DNA of 64,000 nt, taken from assembly GCA_030390025.1 (NCBI GenBank), contig CM059431.1:23808001-23872000 (forward strand). Reading direction: 5' to 3'. Positions 50,281-60,729 of the stretch are shown one piece after another. Each line of letters starts with the position of its first letter. Position 1 is the first letter of the stretch. A program made the translations under genes and the position numbers. The DNA comes from Squalus acanthias. Taxonomy: Eukaryota. Below the pieces are notes generated by a model. The model searched no databases, had not been told where the DNA came from, and was given only the letters and a program-made list of their open reading frames with translations.

Positions 50281-53200
50281 AATGCGTCACGCTGGGTCAC
50301 TCATTCCCACGTATACTGGCTCTATCCAAAGTTATACTGCATCACTGTGTTATCTTATGCAAAACATTGCACAATAAAACCAATCTGCCACTACTTAGCT
50401 TATCTGCTTAATTGGTGCCATCAACACAGTTTGTATCACTGGCAGTACCTTCCTCCGTATTGTTTGTAAGTCTTGGCCTGTAAAAGAATATAGTGAGTTT
50501 CCTCATGCAATTTCTAAATGAGTTAATGCATCAGGTGTGGAGAATTAATATCTCCGTGATTCTGATCAATGAGTCCTCTGGCATTGTCCTCACTTATTTG
50601 GGTGATAGTAATATCTAGCTGCCAGTAGTGACTGCTGGAGTAAGATTAAGTAACTTCTATCCTTTTAGTCTTCTGATTTTTGAGCTTTTTTTTTATATTT
50701 CCTTAGCAAAATGCAAGCACTGGAACTTTCTGTCTAAACTTGTCTCCATGTCAGTCATCAAACAAAGTGTATTAACATTAACTAAGCTCCAGTTAATTAG
50801 ACAATAACTTGCTGTAGTTGCTGTCAAGGTTTTTACTTTCCAGTTTATAATGACTTTATGTAATTAGCAATAATGTGCTTGGTGTAAAAAAACATTGCTA
50901 ATTAAAAGGATTTTTGTGATTTTACAACCTTTTATTAAAGGCCTTATTCAAGGTAACTGTTTTTTGCTGAGAAGAGCTAGATTAATAAAAAGACCTTTAT
51001 TGCTGATGGACTTTAATAAAATAGTTTTAAAATAAAACTGTTACAATAAAATATTACCAATCTTGTACAAGCAGACAAATTATGCAGCAGAAATAATGAG
51101 AAAATAGCTGACCAGCTGGGATTTACAGCTGTTTTTCACTAATGACAATGTGAAAACCTCGAATATAAATAGCGATGAGAATTATTTGGTAACTAGCTGA
51201 CTGAGGTAAATCTATAGGCAACAAAAAAGAGAACTGCCAAGTTGCTGTAACAACAGGCGCTTGACATTTTCTTTTTGATAGTCCGATTTTAAAGGCATTA
51301 GAATGTGAACACTTAAATGCCGGGTGATAATTTTTGTATGTAATACAGTATGTGATTTGTTGCATTTTGTGTATACTTCATGCAGTAAGGCCCCACAATA
51401 AACTTATCCTGAAGTGGTCCTGAGGAAAAACAGGTTTTTTTAAACCTTTGTAATGAGAATTTATTTCGAAGTCTTGTGAGCTTTTAAGTGGGTTGCCATC
51501 ATTTTGTCGCTCCTGAGGTGGGTTGCTCAAACATGCTGTCAAGTTTAGCTTGGGGCCTCAGCACCACCATCTCCACTCCTGGCTCATTGCTTTCAGTGGG
51601 GGAGAGAGAGAGAGAGAGAGAGAGATGATATTGGACGGTAGGGCTAATTTTTAGAAATGCTGATCGTCAGGCCAATCCGCAGATGATTTTTTTAAAACAT
51701 TTGCTTTAAAGGAACACAATGGAATTATCATGTCTGTGAAATATAGAGTATGTGTTTTTGACTCTAGGTTGTGTTTCACCATGCTATATATTTGCTTTAC
51801 TCCATTTAAGATAGTGAGTCTCATTTGTATTAGGGGTTTGGGGGAAACTGAGCACCATGCTTCTGTATAGCGACTATGGCACCATAGCTACCCTTTTTGT
51901 GATTAGTAGCATGGAATCTTGATCGTCTACCAGAATGGTTGGGGTTCGGGTGGTCCTTTTTTAATAACATCACTGAAAGACAGTATGATAACAGTGCACT
52001 GACCTCTTAATACTGCATGAAGATTTCTGTATATTATGTATATAAGAATGTCAGGATCGGTGCTAACTGCTAGCAAACTTGAATGCATTTATAAAGAATT
52101 CAATGGTAATTCTGTTCAGTAGCAAAAACTTTCTTGTTGTTTTGGATAGTTCCTGAGTCATTGAAGGTCATCCATGAAGGATTTTAACTGTGACCTAAAT
52201 TTTGCATGCCATTCTCAAAAACATCCAGTACAGACTTGAATTTTGTCTGTGGGTAGTATGCATTATCTCAATAACAGAATCGAATGAAAATATAGAAAGA
52301 ATGTGTCCCTGAAACAAGGCCAGCAGTCAGCATCAGTGTATTTTATTCGCTGCTCTTCATCACCACTTTTATCTCTACCATGATCATGGACAATGCTGCT
52401 TTTGTGTAAATACTGTAGTACAGTATGAAACTGATGCTTCTATTTAGTGTATCCTTGCATGCCAGTTGTTGTACACATGGTTTTAAAGTCATTTTATGTT
52501 TTTGTTTTTACTCAGGTAGGGCTCTGAATCATATTCTGGCATCCAGCAAGGAAATTTTGGCATTCCCCATAAAATTAATTGATTCTACATCTAGTCAAGC
52601 CATTAAGAGCAACATATTATCCCAATGTTGTTGTGAAAAAGCTAGGGAAGTGGAAACATCTATAATTAGATTTTTTTTTGAAGTCCCAACTGTCCCATGT
52701 GGAAGTTCACGGCAGGTTGTGTATCTGAGGCAGAGTGCCGCGTGGAAAGATTATTCGGTGCGCAGTGCCCAGAAAAGTGTGAAAAAATGCAAAAATCTGT
52801 CAGCCAGATTATCTCTCTTGCCAAGTTCCTTTGGAGAAGCTAGACATTCATGGGTTTGTATTTGTGTCTGGAGTTGTCGGCAGACACAACATCATTAACA
52901 GCGGGACATATTTTCATAAGATTACCCTCTTAATCATTTTTTTCCCCCCAAGTTGGTAAATTACAGCTTCATTTATGGTCTGCGCTTTGTATGAAAAACA
53001 GGAATTTATGTAGCAACCCTGCAGACCTTTTCCTGTTAGGAAAAAAAGACTTTATATTGTTTGGCAGCACCAGGAGACAGCACTGTTAGCTGGAAGTAGG
53101 ACCTGAAAACTCGCCCATTGATGTAACCGTTGCAGACTGAGCCAGGACCTCTCTGTAGGTGTCTAATTGTTTTTACTAAAAAGCGAAAGGAGGCCCACAT

Positions 53201-54950
53201 CCACCATCAACAGCTAACTGTGTGTAGATAAGGCAATGTTGTTGTGACCTCAATGGATTTCATTCCATAAGTGATTAATTTAATGCCCTTGGTCCTGTTG
53301 CTAATGTTTTTGCATTCAGTGGAACAAAGAGGAAACCTTAGGGCTCAGAGCTGTCTAAAATGTTCTTAAAAGTGTAAAACTAGCCTTTTTTTTTTCACGT
53401 ACTGACTCAACTGTTTTCAGTGGTCTGTCTGTGCTTATCTATAAGGGGGGTAAAATTATGCAATAACAGTTCCACAAAATGGTAGTGTACACCAGTTGTG
53501 ATCAGATGCTTAAATCTTTGGCCCCTTGTTAAACATTAGAGACTAGACCTGATGACGCTAAGCAAACCAAATGAGATGTTGCCTGAAGATTTACAGATTG
53601 TTGTAGACATGCCAGAAATAAGGGGGGTAAAATTATGCAATAACAGGTGATCAGTTACATTTTGGAGCTGAATGGGTATTACCGGATTTCTACATTGGCC
53701 AGCAGTTAAAACATATGATGATTCTCTATATGCATAATTCTTCACAAAATCTACTTGCTTGCCTGCCATTAGTGTCTAGATAAAGGGCATTTGACCACAA
53801 AATTCTAATTTTTAACACAAAATGCAAGTTTTTTTCATTGTTCATGGAGACGTGCTGTGATATGTTTTAAAGCATTTTTTGTCACGCCACCTGTTTTCTT
53901 CTTGTTTTGGGGAAAAGATATCAGAACATGAACTACTTTATTCTGCTGTACATTGAAAAACGTGTAGTATCTTTTCAGTTGGGATGTAATATAATACTAG
54001 TTTTAACACTGTTCCTATATGTTACACCCAAAGTCCATTTTACACAATTATGGCACATCTGAAAGTTAGTGTGTATAAATATAATGAACTACAAACTGAG
54101 AAACCTAAATGGGCATATGATCAGAACCATGTTTAGTTTAATTGACCGAGCGATTAAAGCTAATGCTAGCTTACTACTAACTTTTTTTTTTCTCTCTCTC
54201 CGCGCCCCCCCCCCCCATAATTGTGTTGATCTGCATTCCAGACACTAGCAACATGTTGCTAGAAACCTATATTTATGGTGGGTGGGGGAAGCAGAACAGA
54301 CTGTGAATCTCGGGTTACTAATTGTAACAGCTGAACCAGAGCTTCATTTTTTTGGGGTGATGGTTTTTTTTGTCATAATGAATGTTTGTTCGTTCCACCC
54401 TCATGGCAGCCCATTATTAGAACTGTTATAATCATAGAAATAATGAAGCAAATTAGCCCGCACCTTTAACTTGAATAGAATAAGATGCTTTTTAATTGTT
54501 GCACTGATGAAGCAAAATGCATAAGGGGGCTGACATGTAGGAAAGTGTATGTGTATGAAGGTGCGTGTGTGTTTATTATAAATATATGCAGTTTTTTAAA
54601 TAAATGCTCCATGACCCCACAATTTTAGTTCCAAATTACCTCCTGCAAAAATAACTGGCTTGGAAAGCAAAGTCTTCATTCTCTTTTAATCACTAATCTA
54701 TACTATGACTAATGTAAAGTTTTGTACTTCTCTATAGACATGTAGTGTAATTGGGCACACAGGCTAGAGGCTCTGCTTCTAGTCATGCCTGCTTGTTTGA
54801 CTAGCTGTAAAAGCTGAATGAACACCAAACTATCCCAATGATTTAACTGTTAACTTGGAATTTTCTCCTCTTCCCTCCCCTCCCTGGTCCCACCCCACAA
54901 ATTTAGGGCCATTTAGGAAGGAACTACGAAGAAAATTGTGGGGTTATGTG

Positions 54951-55113
54951 CAATGTTCCCTTTAATTTTTTGGGGTGCACGGCCTCTTTAACAGGCTGCG
55001 CGGCCCATTCAAATGTTCGCGCATGCGTGGTTATTTCTACTGAAAAGCCAGTGAGACGACCTGTCTGGGACCTCCAGAGCGCTGCGCGGCCACAAAGCTT
55101 AATGGGACCATTG
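54951..55113 (+). mobile_element. Short hAT MITE (CAATGTTCCCT family), copy 3
   Basis: CAATGTTCCC...GGGACCATTG with a perfect 8-bp TSD GTTATGTG (54943-54950 and 55114-55121). Confidence 0.88.
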
Positions 55114-55187
55114 GTTATGTGGCAAACTATTAAAGCAGTGCATTGAAAAAGTGGTTCTGACTCCATGATTTGTATTTTCTTTTGTAG

Positions 55188-56531
55188 AATTCAATCCGTC
55201 ATAATCTGTCACTGCACAGCAAGTTTGTAAGAGTTCAGAATGAAGGAACTGGCAAGAGTTCTTGGTGGATGCTGAATCCCGAAGGTGGAAAGAGTGGAAA
55301 ATCACCAAGAAGAAGAGCAGCGTCCATGGATAACAACAGCAAGTTTGCTAAAAGCAGAGGGAGAGCAGCTAAGAAAAAGGCAGCACTTCAGGCAAACCAA
55401 GATGGCAGTGCCGATAGTCCTGGGACACAGTTCTCAAAATGGCCTGGAAGTCCTAACTCCCACAGTAATGATGATTTTGATGCCTGGACTACTTTCAGAA
55501 CGAGAACTGGTTCAAATGCTAGCACATTAAGTGGAAGGCTGTCGCCTATTATGCCAGAACAGGAAGATATTGTGGATAGTGAGGTTCGACAAATGTCACC
55601 CTTAGTCTACCCTGGTACCTCCAGTAAAATGGCATCAACGCTACCAAGTCTAAGTGAGATGACTAGTTCTATGAACAATTCCATGACTGAAAATGTAATG
55701 GAGGATCTTTTGGATAACTTAAATCTTTTGTCCCCAAATTCATCAATGGTAGCCTCTACCCAGCCTTCATCAGTGTCACTAATGCAGCAAAGCACTGGCT
55801 ATTCTTTTGCACCCCAGAACACAGCCATTGGTTCACAGACCCCAGATTACAGAAAATGCCTGTATGCCCAAAGCAGTATGAAATCCCTACAGCAAATTCC
55901 TATACAGACCTTTCAAGAAAAAAAACAGAACTTTGGACCGATCACCCAATATAACTGCCCAACAGGACTCCTTAAAGAGTTACTAACTTCTGACTCGCCA
56001 CCACATAGTGATATGCTACCACAAGTAGATACTGTGGTATCACAAGCTAGTAGTCGGATGGCCAGTCAAAATATGATGATCCCCACAACAGTGATGTCCT
56101 CGTATGCTAATCCAGCGGTTCACACCAAGATGATGAACCCCAGCGACCAGCAGCATCCAGTACATAGCCCGCATTTGATCGCAATGAATGGCCGTGCCTT
56201 ACCTCATACAGTGAGCATCATGACTCATCCTTCAAATATCAGACATCTGTCCACACACAAAAGCCAGCTACAAGTGCCTATATCTTTGCAACTCAATGCA
56301 ATGGATCCATACTCTATTCACAGTAACGGTGGTTACGGAAGAATGAATCATGCTGCTGTGAATCAGGAGAAGCTCCCTAGTGATTTGGACGATATGTGCA
56401 TTGAAAGGCTGGACTGTGATGTTGAGTCCATTATTCGTAATGACCTTATGGATGGTGATACTCTAGATTTTAACTTTGACTGCTATTCAAACAGTTCAAA
56501 GGCATCCACACATAGCTGGGTATCTGGCTAA
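55188..56531 (+). CDS. FOXO1: FOXO1 coding exon 2: C-terminal half of the forkhead domain, NLS, Akt sites, NES and CR3 transactivation domain (exon 1 lies upstream of the window)
   Basis: The acceptor TTTTCTTTTGTAG ends at 55187. It is followed in frame by [64 protein letters not shown], the canonical FOXO exon-2 start. The segments [62 protein letters not shown] and the terminal HSWVSG are FOXO1-type. The Akt-motif serines are at 55323 (RRRAAS) and 55512 (RTRTGS). The ORF-track Met at 55269 is internal. Confidence 0.96.
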   Translation, partial: NSIRHNLSLHSKFVRVQNEGTGKSSWWMLNPEGGKSGKSPRRRAASMDNNSKFAKSRGRAAKKKAALQANQDGSADSPGTQFSKWPGSPNSHSNDDFDAWTTFRTRTGSNASTLSGRLSPIMPEQEDIVDSEVRQMSPLVYPGTSSKMASTLPSLSEMTSSMNNSMTENVMEDLLDNLNLLSPNSSMVASTQPSSVSLMQQSTGYSFAPQNTAIGSQTPDYRKCLYAQSSMKSLQQIPIQTFQEKKQNFGPITQYNCPTGLLKELLTSDSPPHSDMLPQVDTVVSQASSRMASQNMMIPTTVMSSYANPAVHTKMMNPSDQQHPVHSPHLIAMNGRALPHTVSIMTHPSNIRHLSTHKSQLQVPISLQLNAMDPYSIHSNGGYGRMNHAAVNQEKLPSDLDDMCIERLDCDVESIIRNDLMDGDTLDFNFDCYSNSSKASTHSWVSG

Positions 56532-56971
56532 ATTTTACTGAGAGGTGGGTATTAGATTTCACACCAAAGCTGCATGCTCTTGCTTTGGGTTTATTATTGG
56601 GTTTAGAAATTAAAATTCTGAAGTGTCACTGTCAGTTTAGTGATGCTATAAACTGGAAGAATAAAAGTAAGCGGTAATGTGATACCGTACGCAGTATCCC
56701 TGTAATACACTATCTATCCTGGAACCACACAAAGGACACAATCTGGTGTAAAATTGACATTTGGGGGAAAAAATGTCGTTTTGGGGGAGGGGGATATTTA
56801 ACTGGTTAGGAACCTGCTGATTTCAGTTAGATTCGCGCCTGCCGGGCCGTGGAAATTGGGAGCCCCGTTGTCTGCCCACCAGGACTCTGGTAAGGGGAAG
56901 CCTAAACTTCACTTGAGGCCTGGAGGAGCAGGAGTGCCTCACAATGGAAAGTAAAAAAAAACTTTACCTCT

Positions 56972-57339
56972 GGCCCCTGTATTTCTTTATTTTTTTCTCT
57001 CTCTTGTTTCCTCACATGGTAGCTGTTAATGTTGCTGCCATCATCATCCACACATCATCTCGAGCCATCTTTTGTTTCTTAACTTGTCCCATTACCATCT
57101 CCTTTTGCCTTGCACCATCAGCCCTTTTGTCAGTCAATCTCTCCTGCCTCCCATCCCGTCACAGACCGGCCCTTTGTTCTTTCCTCCCCTCCTCCCTGCC
57201 CCTGCTTAAAAATCTCTCCTCCTCCCTAGCTTTTTCCAGTTCTGACAAAGGGTTCGACCCGAAACGTTGACTCTGTTTTTCTCTCTCCTCGATGCTGCCT
57301 GACCTGCGGAGTGTTTCCAGCACTTTCTGCTGTTGTTTC
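56972..57339 (+). mobile_element. Penelope-like element terminal fragment with a 13-bp flanking duplication
   Basis: The tail is homologous to 11965-12125. AAACTTTACCTCT is at 56959-56971 and 57340-57352. Confidence 0.75.
57238..57272 (+). ncRNA. Minimal type-I hammerhead ribozyme motif with a G8>A core variant
   Basis: AGUU-CUGACAA-A-GGGU(UCG)ACCC-GAAAC-GUU-GACU: stems I and II pair, and stem III is the palindrome ACGU. Confidence 0.55.
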
Positions 57340-58094
57340 AAACTTTACCTCTAATGACTTCTTCTGTTTCCGATCCTGTTTTGACCTGAGTTCACCTGAC
57401 GGGAAAGCTGCCGCGGCCGCCCCGCTCACATCAGAGTTAAAATAGCAGTCCGGGCTTGATGATGTCATCGGACCCTGATCTGCGTAATTAAAGAAGAACT
57501 TTGCCGGCCGCTCGGAAGAGCAGATTAAGATCAAAGATGACAGAATCCAAGTGGGACAGCGGCAGATGTCACCTGATCAGTTTTAACTGCCTACCTGCCT
57601 GGTTTCCACTGGGCGAGTAGGGTTAAAATCGCGCCCCCCCCCCCCCCCCCAGAATTTTTGTAAAGAACTGATTACTGTAGTTTCTGAATTTGTAATTCTG
57701 TGAATTAAATGTGGTTTTGTAATGCATATTACATACATGGTATCTCATATAAGTAGTGAAAACTGAGAATCTTTTGTTTTTTGTGTGGGTGCTGTTTCAG
57801 TCTTAAAGTATCAGTTCATGCCTTGCTCAGTACAAGAGTGAAGCAGCAGCATTTCAGAGCTTTGACAGAAAATACAATATACCTGCAAAACTAAGACTAG
57901 GCTTTGCATTCCGTCCATACTTGTGAAAAATCACTGAACATAAAACAACAGCTACTATTATCCAGGCTGGAGTTAAGTAAGTTAACTTCCCTTCCCTGCA
58001 AAAAAAAAAATCACACTTGTATCTCTTGTTTTTCTGGTCACAGTGCATTATTCTGTAGTTGTTTAATGGACAGGCAAACTGCCCCATGCTTTAT

Positions 58095-58530
58095 GCTGCT
58101 GTCAGCTTGGCTCAGAAGGTTGTGAGTTCAAGCCCCACTGCACACTTGAGCAACTTATCTAAGTTGACACTTAAGACCAGTGCTGAAGGAGTGCTGCATT
58201 GTCAAAGGTGCTGTCTTTTAGATGAGACTCTAACTCAAGGTCCCATCTCCTGTTCAGCTGGACCTGAAAATCTCTTGACACAGTTAGAAGAAGAGCAAGG
58301 AGCTCTGACGTTGTCATTTCTCTCTCAAATGGCACCGCCAAAACAGTTTAGCTGGTCATTTATCTCATTTGATCTTTGTGGGACTTTGCTGTGTGCAAAT
58401 TGGCTGCCATGCTTTCCTACAAAAACAACCACTTGAAAAGTAATTCACTTGGCTATGAAGTGTTTTGGGACATCCTGAGGATATGAAAAGCACCAATATA
58501 AATGCAAGTTTGATCTTTTATTCTTTCTTT
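58095..58530 (+). mobile_element. Deu-domain SINE (diverged)
   Basis: Homologous to 2007-2476, with a small deletion in the head between two TCAG motifs. Confidence 0.75.
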
Positions 58531-59010
58531 CCTTATATGTAACATCCTTCCTTCAACCACATGTAGGGAAGAAAACTTCTGCTCAGTTCCTCCTTCAGAC
58601 AGGATGACCACATTTATTTGGATGGTGCAACCACAGAGGATTGGGACATGAGTTTGTACCCACGTCCTGTGAAGTCTGCTCTGTATTTTTGTACATGCAG
58701 TACTTCAGTTTATTGGGTTTATTGGCTTTTTTTTAAACAATGGGACATGGTAGTACCTCCTTTCTGCTTCATATATCCATGCATTGTGTCTTCAAAAAAT
58801 GAACAAAAAGCTTGTTCAATGGGAATATTTGTAGGTACATTTCAATAAAAATGTGTTGGAAGTGTTGCAGCTTCATGTCACAGATGATATGTAATACTAT
58901 ATGTATGTCCTAATTAATCCCTTATTTATGTACTAAGAAATTAAACATTAATTGTAGAATGTATATATTAAGTTTACTGCAGCTAAACAATTCCTGTCAA
59001 ATATGACTTG

Positions 59011-59012
<2 letters not shown>

Positions 59013-59047
<35 letters not shown>
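59013..59047. repeat. (TA)17 microsatellite
   Basis: Seen directly. Confidence 0.95.
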
Positions 59048-59050
<3 letters not shown>

Positions 59051-59837
59051 ATGGTGTATAGGAGAGTAATGTAGAAATTGCTAGAGTAATTAAGGGATTG
59101 TGTTTGGCAATAGTGCTTTTTTGAGATTTACAGAACAACTGATACCCGAGAGTCCATTTTACAAGGTTGTAATCTAATTGAGAGTTTCAGATGACTTATA
59201 AATGACTTGAGCTTTGCTCTAGCAGTTTTAACAGTCGATTGAATCCTTGAGATTAGATTACAGTCTTGTACTCAATCCCTGATTACTAGGATTTACTGTA
59301 GTGGGGATATCATGATCGTAAATAAGAGCTGGTATTCATTTAAGTTGAATTGAGGTTTTTTTTATATAAGTACAAGCCAAAGCTGGCCAGAGGGTTCTCC
59401 GTGAAATAGAACAGTTCTGAATTTCTCTTGAGTGAGGAGTTTAGTTTTCTTCTGCCCAGCAACTGAGAGTTCGTCCGAGTTCTGTTTTTTTTTAAACAAC
59501 GTCTCTGAACTGTTGTTGAAAATTTAAGATTAAGTGTAAGGACAATGCCCTATTTCTGAATTATTACAAGTATTAGTCTCACTTGGCTTAACCTACAACA
59601 GTTGAATAGGTTTATGCCTTTTTGTGTTTTTGACACTGTTTTTCTGTTTCTCATTAAACTAGATTTCTCTGAAGGCACCCAGACTGGATTGACATCAGGA
59701 ATTGGGAAAAGCAGTCCAAAGATGTCCTTCACCCTCACTGAATTCTCTTGATAAATGCTCCCTTTTCCCTTTCATCATACTTGGCAGCATGGAACATTTT
59801 CCTGCACAGGATGTTTGCCCAATGTTTGCAGGTTATG

Positions 59838-59902
59838 TGCTGCTCTAGATAAGGCCTCTGGAATTTGGAACTGTTTGGTTACAAAGTGCCAAACTCACTA
59901 CA
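59838..59902 (+). promoter_or_regulatory. miRNA seed-match cluster in the 3'UTR: miR-15/16 (TGCTGCT, 59838-59844), miR-96/182 (GTGCCAAA, 59886-59893), miR-142-3p (CACTACA, 59896-59902)
   Basis: Seed complements are read directly from the sequence inside the conserved block. miR-96/182 regulation of FOXO1 is established in mammals. Confidence 0.65.
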
Positions 59903-60554
59903 GAATGTCATTTCCAAACATATGTGCATTGTGTGCTTAATTAACAATTTTCTTTTTTAATTATGAGCATTACATGGGCCTGATCTAGTTGTTGACTATG
60001 GCTGTAACAAACTCTGCTCCTGAGTCCCCAAACCTCATCAATGAATTCCAGTAGTGTATTGTGAAAATCTCAATGCAAATAACACACTTGCCATTTGATT
60101 TTAAAACGCCATCATTATATGATGGTGGCAAGTCCTTCACCTCTGAGAAATAGGACTGACCTGCAGTTAAGGTTGGGTTCAACTTCCAAACTTGTCAGTT
60201 TGTAGTGATATATTGATTATTGATTATATTCTGCCTTTAAGCCTTAGGACAGACTGCTTGCATATCTACTATGTTGTTGCTGACTGGCTCGCGTTACACC
60301 AACTGGGCTTGCAATACTAGCAACTTGATTTTTTGAGCATCTACATGGGATGCTGGTTTTAGTGACTGACATTAGATGATGGACCCATTTCAAAATACTC
60401 ACGAATAAAGACATGATCTAACATGTAAGAAGTTTGTACGTACATGACCTCTTGCTAATACACAAACAACAGGAATTAAAAAAAAACTTTTTAAAGATCT
60501 TATACCACTGATTTTTTTTGTCAAATTTAAAGACTGCTCTTTGGATCACAATGG

Positions 60555-60729
60555 GGGGGGGGGGAGTTTTAACTGAACTCAGCCGGTGGGAAACTGGATC
60601 GGATTGGCCACCCATTTAACACCCCGCCCAGTGAAGTCAATGGAAAGTAAAATCAGGCAGGGTGCAAAACGGGCGGCCAATCCGGACCCATCAGCTTCCT
60701 ATCGGGCAGGTTAGGTTAGAATGACCCTC
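60555..60729. mobile_element. Short palindromic MITE within the putative 3'UTR
   Basis: Inverted arms (GGAAACTGGATCGGATTGGCCACCC...GGGCGGCCAATCCGGACCCATCAGCTTCC) around GAAGTCAATGGAAA, as in 2906-3080. Confidence 0.65.

Larger units (their letters stand above)
1..55187 (+). other. FOXO1: 3' part of the long FOXO1 intron 1
   Basis: No other coding exon was found upstream. The region is repeat-rich and ends in a polypyrimidine tract plus TAG. Vertebrate FOXO1 has a very long intron splitting the forkhead domain at this position. Confidence 0.85.
56789..57635. mobile_element. GC-rich MITE interrupted by a Penelope-like fragment
   Basis: The ends are GGGGGATATTTAAC and GTTAAAATCGCGCC. The interior is split by the 13-bp direct repeat AAACTTTACCTCT. 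Confidence 0.55.
56545..59662 (+). other. FOXO1: FOXO1 intron 2 (3'UTR intron)
   Basis: The donor GAG|GTGGGT lies 13 nt after the TAA stop. The acceptor TGTTTTTCTGTTTCTCATTAAACTAG ends at 59662, immediately before sequence matching the start of the mammalian FOXO1 last exon. Confidence 0.8.

Noticed and set aside
52425-52898. 157-aa ORF on +
   Set aside because: It has no recognisable domain and a composition typical of random intronic ORFs, and there is no supporting exon structure.
55269-56531. Intronless FOXO retrogene starting at Met 55269
   Set aside because: The reading frame extends upstream to a canonical acceptor at the conserved FOXO exon-2 boundary, and a downstream UTR exon exists.
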